Source: Octopus bimaculoides (Eukaryota). From it: DNA of 64,000 nt. The stretch lies in NCBI RefSeq assembly GCF_001194135.2, contig NC_068984.1, positions 52,181,334-52,245,333 of the forward strand. The letters run 5' to 3'. The notes below the pieces were generated by a model. The model ran no database searches and had not been told where the DNA came from. It saw nothing but the letters and a program-made list of their open reading frames with translations. Positions 12,601 to 24,543 of this stretch are shown here, piece by piece. Position 1 is the first letter of the stretch. Each line of letters begins with the position of its first letter. Both the position numbers and the translations under genes were made by a program.

Positions 12601-15600
12601 ATGTATTTATGTATGTAAGTGTTCACATGTGTACGTGTGTATGTGAGCATGTATGAGTGTGTATGTGAGAGAGTGTACAATTCAGAAACAAGTATAATTA
12701 CCAAATCTTACAAATCACATTTATAAGAACAGTTGCTTTACATTATGCTATTCTACACTCATACATAATTTAGTCTTTTAAATATATTATATTTTTCCAA
12801 AAGATAGGCACAAAAATTTTCACGCATTCGTAAGTTGACTCTCAAAAAACACTTTTCCTCACCAATTAGTGAATAACTCCCACAAAGTTGCAGCACTGTG
12901 CTGATTTTTAAATAAAATAACAAATATGATTATATTCCAAAAGTGCCGGTCATTTGCTCATAGAGTGGGAATTATAAAAATACTAATTTGAAAAACTTGA
13001 TAGAATTCACTACATTTTTTTGAAAATTACCTGAGTTTATAATTATTTGCTAGGTGACTATTTTCCTGTTAGTTATTGCTAGAAATGAGCTAAGTTGATA
13101 ACCCTGTGTATTGGCTTCGTTATAAGACAATTTAAGGGCGACCCTATGAAGGAGTTTCTGCACAGTTGCTCGGTCTGCATTGAGCTAATAAGAAAGCTTT
13201 GTCACTTTTTGCCAAAATATATTTTACTCGCAGCACACTTTAGAGCAAACAAAAATATTTTTCCGAACTTTGCGAATAAAGTTAAAAGATGTGTATTAAA
13301 AAAGATTATCGATAGGAAATATTAGCTTCAAATTTGGTAGTGACATTTCTGCTTGGACGTATTTGAGATAAACATCTGTTTTCAATGCCAAGATGTCTCT
13401 CATTCATTTTCGCTTGTATTTAATGTTACTGGGTGGTAAAGAATCTTCGAATTCCGATGTACAAAATTTAATTAAAATAGATAAAGCTTTTTAGCTAATG
13501 TGTTGTAGCAAGGCCTAGAATTGAAAACTTACAGCTTCAGTAACTAGAACCAAACCAGACTGGCGATATGTCCTGCTTATTAACCCGAAATATGTCCTGC
13601 TTATTAATCTGAAATATCACCCCATATTAAAGCTTGGTTTATTTTGTACCAGTAGTTCCCGCGCTTTTGTGGTTATATAAGCACAACGTGCGCAAACAAA
13701 TCAGAGAGTGGTACTTCGGAAGCACAAGCAACATGCCCTTTATATCGACAAGTTTTCCTTGGATGAAGTTCAGCCCCGAGTTAAAAGGATGATTCTTCAA
13801 TTAAGATGGTCAGAACATTATTCCTGCCTCTCACGTGATCTAATCCCTTCTGTTTGTTATGGAATTGCAAACTACATTCGTCTCTAACACACCACACTAC
13901 TCTGCTATAATAATCTTCGATAAAAATTAATGATATTTTAACAACGTTCGGAGTTGGCTTATTGTGGGACAACACGCAGCTAAACTTAATACCAATCTGT
14001 AAATACCCATTCGACCAACCCGACAGTGTCGATTATGTCCGTTATGTTTGCGGGCTTGATATCAAATCTGCAATCGCTGAATATGGAAGCCAACTCTTTT
14101 CCTTCAAATAATCTTAAACAAATAAAATTTTGATAAATAGGCTTCAAATCCCATCATAGAATTCTATTAATTAAAGGCACACTAGGCAGTCATGATTAAA
14201 ATAAAGCTGTGTGCATTTATATTTTTAACACGTTCGTGTACCTTCAAACATAGAAAGACTATCACGACGTTAAGTATCTAGGAAGAGAAATTCTCCTTAC
14301 AGAGAATGTATGTAAAAACACGCCGAGTAAGCCGTGAATTACGTCATCAGATTGTAGGACGCGTGTTTCTGCGTCGTTACGTTTCATTAGCAACAATGAA
14401 TCTATCGTCCATAGTCCACTAAGAACTACCTTCTTATATATACACAGTAAACAATAAATTTGATGGCGTGTGTTAAGTTTTGTCAGCAAATCTATTGTTT
14501 GCTGTGTACATATAAGAACGGTAGTTTACAAAGAAAATTTCTCTTCCCAGGCATTTACCGCAGCGAAAGTCTTTTCATATTTGTGTGTATACGAACATGT
14601 TAAATATAGATGTCCAGAACCTTATTTTAATAGTCTATTATTAATTTGGAAAATAAAGTTTATATTCTCTTCCGAGTTTTTCAACTACTCAACAAGAGTT
14701 ATTTCTATTAATTATCTTGACATTATTGCAAGCATTTCGAAGTTACCATCTTTAGCTTTAGTTTTTTCAAACACTATTTCCTTCTGAAATGCAATCAGTT
14801 TGTCTAGCGAAATGAGAATATTTTCTACTTTATTTTGCATATTCTCATAATTTTGGGTACTACTTGTGACTACACTCTTATGGACACAGGAACAAATTTT
14901 ACCAATTTTACAAACTAAAATCCCGATATACTCATATGCGTATTTTTTTTCTTTCTTAGAAATAATATATATTTGATTTATCAACTTAATACTTCCGGCC
15001 ACATCTTGACATTTATTTTTCTGTCTCCATTCCCTGTACGTTTTTGTCTCTTACAGCCTACCAATTTAATTCTTTCGACTCATATTTTCTCAAACAATCA
15101 TTTTTCTTATTACTTTCAACGTTCTTACCAGGAACAACCAACTCCCGCCTCCTTGACGCACATTGCTTTTGCGTACGTGAATTCATCCACCCTTCGACAA
15201 TACTATTCCATCCCTTGCCGTCTCTCATTTCCATTCTTGCACCCGAAGACTACAACTTTTTGTTGACGTAGAGTGAACATCTTTTGTGACAAGTATCATT
15301 TACCCTACTAAGCTATTACAGTTATTAATTTCTTAATGCATTTTTCTAACATTTTAATGCATGTACACCCTGTACTGTATGTTTAAAATTTTTCCGTCGG
15401 AAAGCATTTCAATCTATGACATGAAAGTCAATGAGAAAATGGGTTTCGCGTTACAACATTCTATGTTACTACAACATTTTCAGGAATGCAGCTTTTCCAT
15501 AATGTGAGGTATGCCCATACTTCTGTTGGTACTGCTAATATGTTACTATCTCTTATACCTTTCCTCTTAACAGCTATATGACTTTTGTATGTAAAACGAC

Positions 15601-17011
15601 ACTTCTACTGTGAATCCACATCGAAACAAATTTGTTCAAATAAGCAAGTCTTCATTGGAAAATAAACATTTCAACAACTTCGTCTAATATATATTTTACA
15701 TTCATCAGCTAATGTTTTTGAAATGCGCATCTCCCTACGGAGAACACAATGCATCTCCATAACACTACGCTTATGCTGTTTTATGAGTGATGCAAACCTT
15801 TTATAGAGCTTACGCGGATGGAGTCCCAGTAGTACAAATTCTGATCATTTTGATGCTTGACTTCCATTTTTCAAAGTCGTCAAATATATTATGAAAGACA
15901 CCTTAACCTCTCATTGTGTATGGCAATTTTTTTTTTTCTTTTGTAGACAAAAAACACTGCTTTATAATTTGGTCTCCATCAGCAAAGCAAAAAAATGCAA
16001 TTATGCTTTGTTACCAATGTCAGTTGATTCATTAGTTTGCAAGCAGATTCTGAAGTTTATTCCGACACCTTACATCTTCTTTCTTATCTAACAGATCCAT
16101 AACTCGTTTAGGAAAGATATTATTTGAGAGTGGAATTTTTGTCCTCTTACTTTCTAACATTTTTTTAACAACTTTCTAAATGCAGGTAAAATTGATTCAT
16201 GCAAAATGTGTAACTTTGCGTTTTGTGCCATCATCTCTGCTCTCTCAGTATAAGCGATCTGAGCTTTTGAGAAACTGATAACCCTTGTTATTTTTTACAA
16301 ATAGTTTCTGTGATCTGATTGGTTTTCCTGATAATCTTCTGAAATAATTCAAGTACGTAATCGAAATAAAGATAAAGATGATCTTTATCAGTAGAACTAA
16401 GGGTTATCATTGTGCAAATTTTTATGACTTCCTTACACTGAGCTAACCAACACTTGTTTTCTCAGACTCTAATTTTTCTCCGAGTAAAGGACGTATTTTC
16501 TGGTCGAATTGACTTTGATGATTCATTATACTAATTTTACTCTGATATGGCCCTGGGTTTGATTTCTCTTTGCAGCATTTTGAGCAAGTATCTTCTGCCA
16601 AGGCTCTTAAGTGAAATTGTTAAGACGAATACTATTTAGCGATGTGAAAAGGTGAATGTGGCTAAGGTCCTGATAATATTATAATCTTCTGGTTTCAAAC
16701 GGGTGATGATAAAGGACATCAAGAAATAGGAAGACACAAGTTAAAATTGACGGCCACATTTATTTCTCCGCTAATAGAAGATACAGCAGACTGGTACACA
16801 TGAATAATTCAGTTGATAAAAATACATTGGTTTTTCGTGCAGCTTCAAGATGATGTCCTCGGGAAAAACACAGAGCATGGCGACAAAAATCTCTGCAGAC
16901 AATTCTCTCCTCACTGAGAAAGCATAGCGGAATAAAATTTGCTCTATGCCAAAGATCCGAACACCATCGTGACGACCCACCCCACTGAAGAAAACAGCGA
17001 GAAAAGGCATC

Positions 17012-17078
17012 TTTAAATAGTTAAAGGGTAAGCTCAAAAAGGAGCGGTCTGATTGGATGGCTTAAAGCACCCAATCGG
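17012..17078 (-). promoter_or_regulatory. Candidate Pol II promoter: two NF-Y (CCAAT) boxes and a TATA-like element
   Basis: ATTGG at 17052-56 (minus-strand CCAATCAG), CCAATCGG at 17071-78, minus-strand TATTTAAA at 17019-17012; CpG-retaining context. No linked transcript identified. Confidence 0.3.
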
Positions 17079-17199
17079 CACGAACAAGTATGGTCGTGTG
17101 ACCGCTTGCAGAAAGGTGATGGTCTAAAATGTGAGTACTTAAAAGTAAACTGTGAACATGCTTGCTACAACTGTACAAACGCTCCTACACCCTTATAGA

Positions 17200-17957
17200 T
17201 GCTTTTTGTAATATTCGTATTGTGTTGGTGCTTTGTTTGAGGGGTGCTGATTGTTTGAGCGTTGTTGATTGTTTTGTGCTGTTTTGCAGCGGTTTTTCAG
17301 TTTGTGCTTTCTCTCTGCGTGTGTGGAGAGTCGGCCGTGTCAGTGGCGAGGAGTGTGTATTGTTCAGACCTTGATGGGTCTGAGTTGTCTTCGGAGGAGG
17401 AGGAGTTCGTGCGGGCGATGGATGAAATGGACGGGTGTTTGATGGAAGAAAGTTTTTCTGGAGCGTCGGAGGTCGCAGAAAGAGGCGTGGATCTGTCAAA
17501 TATGAAAGGATGCGAGAGGGTGGAATGCAGGGAGGGTGGTGATGTTAAGTTGTCACCGCCCCGGAAAGTATTGGAAGATGTGGAGGGGAAAGCAGTAACA
17601 TGCAAGGTGTATTGATGGAAGGGAGGAGGATTGAGAGCGTTGCGACGTAGACGATGGAGAGAGCGTTGGGGCCCGTCTGGCAGGATGTAACGTCTTGCCA
17701 GAGAAAGCAGATACGGAGCGATTGTCGGTGAAGTAGTCCTCCTCATTAGAGGTGCACAAAGCTGTGGATATCGGCACGAGTCCAAAATTCGTTGCTGGAT
17801 GGAGTGGGGGGGGGATGAAGTGCAAACCCCCTACTGAGGAGGGGGCGCTCCACCTCAAAGAGGGGAAGATCCGGAGGAATGGTAACAACAAACTGAAGTA
17901 GAGAAGGGGTGGCGGGGATGGTGGAAGCCCAGGAGGGAGGGGATGGGGGTATGTGTG
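17200..17957 (+). mobile_element. GC-rich decayed ORF, possible retroelement ORF1 5' region
   Basis: Abrupt GC/CpG rise; acidic reading (VARSVYCSDLDGSELSSEEEEFVRAMDEMDG...) broken by stops; runs into a gap. No diagnostic motif. Confidence 0.3.
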
Positions 17958-18499
17958 NNNNNNNNNNNNNNNNNNNNNNNNNNNNNNNNNNNNNNNNNNN
18001 NNNNNNNNNNNNNNNNNNNNNNNNNNNNNNNNNNNNNNNNNNNNNNNNNNNNNNNNNNNNNNNNNNNNNNNNNNNNNNNNNNNNNNNNNNNNNNNNNNNN
18101 NNNNNNNNNNNNNNNNNNNNNNNNNNNNNNNNNNNNNNNNNNNNNNNNNNNNNNNNNNNNNNNNNNNNNNNNNNNNNNNNNNNNNNNNNNNNNNNNNNNN
18201 NNNNNNNNNNNNNNNNNNNNNNNNNNNNNNNNNNNNNNNNNNNNNNNNNNNNNNNNNNNNNNNNNNNNNNNNNNNNNNNNNNNNNNNNNNNNNNNNNNNN
18301 NNNNNNNNNNNNNNNNNNNNNNNNNNNNNNNNNNNNNNNNNNNNNNNNNNNNNNNNNNNNNNNNNNNNNNNNNNNNNNNNNNNNNNNNNNNNNNNNNNNN
18401 NNNNNNNNNNNNNNNNNNNNNNNNNNNNNNNNNNNNNNNNNNNNNNNNNNNNNNNNNNNNNNNNNNNNNNNNNNNNNNNNNNNNNNNNNNNNNNNNNNN
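17958..18499. other. Assembly gap
   Basis: N run. Confidence 1.
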
Positions 18500-18598
18500 A
18501 TATATAATATTAGGGACAAAATCCAAAATTACAGGTAAAAAACTCAATTAAAATCAATTTATAAAAAATTAATATTAAATTGAGCCTTATAGATAAAG

Positions 18599-18647
<49 letters not shown>

Positions 18648-21600
18648 ATATGTATCATCATCATTAAAATGCATAGCAGCATTTTGTCTGTCTTTATGTT
18701 GAGTTCAAATGCTGCCAAAGTCACCTTTGCCTTTCATCCTTTCAAGGTCAACAAAATATATACCAGTTGAGGACTGGGATCGATGTAATCGACTTACCCC
18801 TCCTTCGAACTTGCTGGCTTGTGCCAAATTTTGAAACCAATATTTCATTACCAGTTTTGTTTGGATAATCAGAAATACTTCATACATTTTATTAGTTTTA
18901 CAGGTTTTATCAAACTTGCTGCTATATAGAGTTACCCAAACTTTATTCTTATAAATAATATCTGCTGTGGAAACTTCCTTTCTGTCTTAGCATCTCTACT
19001 GGTGAAACCAGACTTTGCTGGAAGCATACAAGATCTATGTCTATGTTGATTTGGGATTTATACTGTATGGGTATTTTTATTTTCATATTACTAGATTTAT
19101 TTTATTTCTTCCAGCTCACTGCACTACAAATTCCCAGATATTTGTACTCATATGAGCACTACAAAACAAGGTCATTCAATGCAGTTGCTAGTTTATGGTT
19201 TGGTGTAGATTCCACTCTGCATCATCTTCAGAATTGTGCATTATATTCAAATGCAAGTTATTTTTTTATTTTATCTTTTATTTTTGGAGGAAAGGGGTGT
19301 ACATTTTGTTAGTGAATGGGAAACTGTGTTGCTACATAATCTAATTTCCTTGAAAATTGATTTTTTTTTTTTCATCGCTCTGTTGATTCTGATGTCAAGT
19401 GGTTCAATGATATAGGACAAAGCACTAACAAGTAACATCATTTTCTTTGTAACTCTCATTAAAAATTGCTTACATTTTGCTATGCAAGTAATTATAGAAT
19501 GCATTTAGCAATGGCAAGAGTTTCTTAGGAGAGCTACTATGTATCTTACCTCCATGATAATAAGAAACTGAATACCTTAATTTAAAATTATTGATATTTT
19601 CTTTTCCAAAGACATTGTTGATTTTTCACTTTCCTATTATGCATATTGATTGTACAAAATTTAAATTAATTATAGCAAGAATGAAATGCTCAAAGAAGAA
19701 TAGCAGCAAGACAAAGTTTTAGGAAACTGTTTATTAGGAAAATCAAAAAAAAGCAATAAAATTGTTACAGTGATAGATGAGCTGCTAAGTTATAAAGTGG
19801 AAGCTGCAAAGTTACTCCTGATTACAGCAGATTAGCAAAGCAATTTGTCTTCATTTAAAATGTTTCTTCTTTCAAATCAACACAATTCATACTTTTCTTT
19901 CTGAGCCAGTTTGACTCTCAATGGAGGTTTTCTTCTTCTTAAACATTTGAATGGGTAGAATGGAAACCAAAGGAATATCAGAAGAAAACCAAGAGACTTT
20001 CAGAATTGAAACATTCCAAATAATATGACAGATCAACCATATTTTTAAAAGTCAAGGTTACTATCCCCTTATTTCATGTTATGCTGAATGAGTTTACCAC
20101 AGATATTTTCTTTAAAAAGGATGGCAGAATTAATGAAATAAAATGATACAAGTCTACATTTGGACTGAAATTAAACACATGCACACTAAGATATATATGT
20201 ATAGGTACATGTGAATATATATATATATATATATCTATATATATGTATATATAAAAATAGCTATGATTATATTGACAAAAACACATATGAATGTAGCTAT
20301 GTGTAAATATGTGTATATGTATGATTTATATACAAACACAAAAAGCAATGTTTATTTTGATTTTAACATAAATGAAAAGTAAAACTGAGTTTATGGGGAA
20401 ATAAAACAGAATTTCAGTGTTACTACTATGACTGCTGAATGTGTTGTTACTTCTGAGAATGGCAACCTGTAACTGAAGCTGATAGCAATAGATTTCTTTT
20501 AAATGAGCCTACACTTGATTGAAGGAATTCAGATTATGCCGAGATTGTCTGAAAGTTGTAGCTTCCTCAATCGTATACATATATATATAAGCATTCCAAA
20601 TTATAGCTGTTAGTGTTCTGATGTACTGTTTTACTAATCAGTAAACTCAGTAACTGAACTTACCTATGATTATTTTGTTAACCGTTGATGACAAAAGCTA
20701 TCTATAACACACACACATATATATATTGATATAGATATATATATGTGTTAGAATCAAAATGATTGCAAATTGTGATTGTCTACATTTATGGCAACCATCA
20801 AAAGCTTGGTTAATAACTATGACACCTTGTAGAGGTTGTCATCAACATTTATTGTTACCTGTATGAAGTGCACCTTTACTGCTATTATTATTATTAATAC
20901 TTATTTTAATTACAAATACCAATAGCTGATTGTCACCATCTCTTCTCACTGATAACAGCTTTGAATTAACTTCATATATCAACACCAATGCATACTGAAT
21001 AACTGAACATAACATTATTACCAGACAAAGATTATACAGCTTATCTTTCTAGTATGATGATTAATACATCAACAAACAAAAAATAAACTCAAATGAAAAT
21101 TGAGAGCTATAGAAATCCAAACTAGCCCTCATTTTTAAAAAAATATCTACGGTAAATCTTACAATGAATATTCTTGACTATTTTACCAAAACATGTTCTC
21201 ACTGGTCACTGTCAACAACAATGTCTAATTCTTTCCATAATCGTTTTAGATTCCGTTTTCTTTCCAAACCTGTCATTCATATTTCTGTGATTCCTTAAAC
21301 AGTGCCATTGGCAGAAAAGACACTTTGTTCTGTCTGAAATGCTGTCAATTAATCTCTAAAGGCAACTTAACCAGTTAATCAATTCATTTTACACGCAGTT
21401 TTATCTTCAGTTAACTTTAAATGTTATTTTCTTAATTGATAAAATCAAATAAAAATATAAGACAGATTTATTTTAAAAAACCCAGATTATATGGTATCCC
21501 AGTAATTGAAATTATGTCCTAAAACACATTTAGGGTCTGTGTACTATCTTTTAATATTATAACAAACAAAAGACAAAGGATACACATAGGTGAGGCAAAT

Positions 21601-21780
21601 ATTACAGACATTTCTATAAGTCTATATAGCCAAAGAAGTGTAATAAAATTACTTTATTTTGATTAAAGTTCATTTGTTAATTATACTTATACACAAATGG
21701 GAGAAAAAAAAAAGAAACTTAAGAAAATGCATTAAAAAAAATCAAGCAATTTCAGAAGACCCTATTTCCTCTGAAAATAA

Positions 21781-21908
21781 TTAACAACTTAATGTCTTCA
21801 CAGCACGTTTCATACATTCTGAGTCACCAAACTTCACATCTCTTTTCTTAATTTTCACTCCATTTCTGCATGGACCAAATTCTCCCCATGGGCCAAAGAA
21901 GCAACGTT
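21781..21908 (-). CDS. PTN: PTN/MK-like exon 7: divergent 4-Cys terminal domain and stop
   Basis: tatttttcag|AA CGT TGC TTC...AGT TGT TAA. Encodes [42 protein letters not shown], spacing C-10-C-17-C-9-C, phase-compatible with exon 6. Confidence 0.85.
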
Positions 21909-24505
21909 CTGAAAAATACAAAATTCGTACAATATTAGTGCTTAATTAAAAACTCATTTTTATGTGCAAAAATTCTTCATTCACAAGAACTATTTTACAG
22001 AGATCACACCATGTTAAATAAGGTCTTTGAAAGACTGCAATCTAAGGAATGAGAAACTTTTGTAGAGCAAGAGGTGAATTGCTAACATAACTGAACTGAG
22101 AAAAATAGTATGTTTGCAATTATATGAACTGTTTTGATCATAATGCTTAAACAGGAGTTTTTTCTGTCTTCTCATTTTTTTTCCTTTTTTCATGACAGTT
22201 TTAGAGACTTCTCAAGTAAATGGTTTCAAAATTAAATGTGAGTGAAATTCGGCCTAAAGCAAGGAGTTTCCCATCCCATTCTGAAAATGTTAATAAGAAG
22301 AGCAATCACCAAAAAATGATAAACTGTTATAATAATGAATGCAGTTGAATGATTTGTCAACATTTCATACTTACAATGGTTATAATGCTATTTGAGTCTA
22401 CTATTAAATCATTTTGCTTCACAAACTACCTTTCAAAAGCACCTAAAAATCATTTCACAAAATTCTTTCCAAACTGTTCACTGTAACAGGATATCTCAAC
22501 ATAATCATAAATACATTTCATCCATTAAAAATTCTCAAAGAATAAAATATCTATCCTGCAATTATTATAACATACAATATGAAATAACCTTATGTTGTGC
22601 TTGTATCAACAATTTGTGAAGGTGCATGGTTTAATGGTTAGGGTATTTGGCTCCTGATCATAAGGTCATGAGTTCAATTCCTGGCAACATATTGCATCCT
22701 TGAGCAAGACACTTTATTTCATGTTACTCCAGTCCACTAAGATATCTATCTTCCATGTAAACTATTCCTATTGCTAAATTTTTAAGTAATTTGTTGATAT
22801 GGCACTGTCAGTAATGACAATAAGGGTTCCAGTTGATCTGAGCAGAACAGCCTGCTAGTGAAATTAACGTGCAAGTGGCTGAGCACTCCACAGACATGAG
22901 TACCCTTAACGTAGTTTGTATCCATGAGTATGACACTTTATTTCACATTGCTTCAGTTCACTCAGCTGGCAAAAATGAATAGCACCTGTATTTACAAGGG
23001 CCAGCCTTGTCACACTCTGTGTCACACTGAATCTCCCTGAGAGCTACACTAAGGGTATACGTATCTGTGGAGTGCTCAGCCACATGCACATTAATTTCAT
23101 GAGCAGGCTGTTCTATTGATTGGATCAATTGGAATCCTCATTGTAACCAACAGAGTGCCAATGTTTATGTTAGAAGAGCAACAGAATGTAGAGTATTTAT
23201 TCTATACAGCTGCATACAGCAGCTTCCAAGGTAAATCATTCATTCAGAATATTCACACATCACTAAATTAGAGGAAACATGCATACCAAGATACTCCACA
23301 TAATGCTAATCACTGCAAAATGAAAATAGGACCTGTTTTCAATGCAACAAACCAATTCAATACTGGATACAATGGTTTCACTCATAACTTCTGCGACAAA
23401 AATTAGCTCCTGATCATTTCAGCCATGTGTCACTTAATCAGTCATGATTAAGAAAATATTTCAAATAAAATAAGTGAAAAAGAATAAAATATATTTCTTC
23501 TCATATCAAGCCTAAAATAAACACTGCTGCTGCTGCTGTTGCTGCTACTACTACTACTACTACTGCTGCTGCTGCTACTAGTACTACTACTTCTTCTTCT
23601 TCTTCTTACCTTTTCCGCCTTTCTTGCTGCAAGACTTTGTCACTGTTTTAGTTGCTTCACACACTGAACCATCTCCACTCTCTAGTGTCATAGTCTTGGT
23701 ACGAATGTTGCTTGTTGTATTACAAGCACTCCAGTCACCATATGAATATTTGCAACCTAGAATTTCAGTGAAAAATCAAAATGAAAAAAAAATTACTTAT
23801 TACTGTTACATCACTTTAGCAGAGTTATTTCTATTTACATAGTTATGGCCAATTGGCACTAGAAACACTAGTTCCCTTCAGATCATCAACTTTTGGCACA
23901 TCAAATCAGACTAGCATATAAACGAAAGATGAAAAACTCCTTAGGGTATTAGGCAAGTATCATAATAACAAACCCATGTGCTTCAGTTTAGAACACAACT
24001 CAATTTCCATCTCCAGCCAGAGGCAAAAAAACATTCAGTCTACAAGAATGGGACTGGCATCAAAAATGAATCTACCCATAATATTATGTACTAAAAATGT
24101 TAAAATGTAATAAAATTTAACCTTCTGAATTGCAAAGAAGAAATATTTGAAAGATAGATTTTCATTTTCCTTTTCTGTTTTCTATGCACTATGCATATTA
24201 TAAGTAAGTATTTCCAGCAAGTTTTTTTTTTTATATAATATAATAATGATTTAGCATATTATAAATTATTGCCACAGACTTAATGGATCTTTTATCTTTT
24301 ATGTTTCAGTCATTAGACTGCGACCATGCTGGGGCACCATCTTGAAGAACTTTTAGTCAAATGAATTGATACCAGTACTTGTATTTTGTTAATCCTGGTA
24401 CTTATTCTATTGGTCGCTTTTCATCAAACTGATAAGTTATGGGGATATAAACAAACCAACACCAGTTGTCAAGCAATGGTGGAAGACAAACACCGACACA
24501 AAAAC

Positions 24506-24543
<38 letters not shown>

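Noticed and set aside
14330-14400. CTAATGA...GAAAC and CTGATGA hammerhead-like words
   Set aside because: Stem II does not close next to the core and the element order is inconsistent.
16771-17037. 88-aa minus-strand ORF with a good Kozak ATG near 16879
   Set aside because: No recognisable domain and no convincing donor; length is within chance expectation.
22621-22700. tRNA-like sequences (also about 25935 and 60782)
   Set aside because: A/B boxes run into SINE cores and no complete cloverleaf is evident; these are SINE heads, not tRNA genes.
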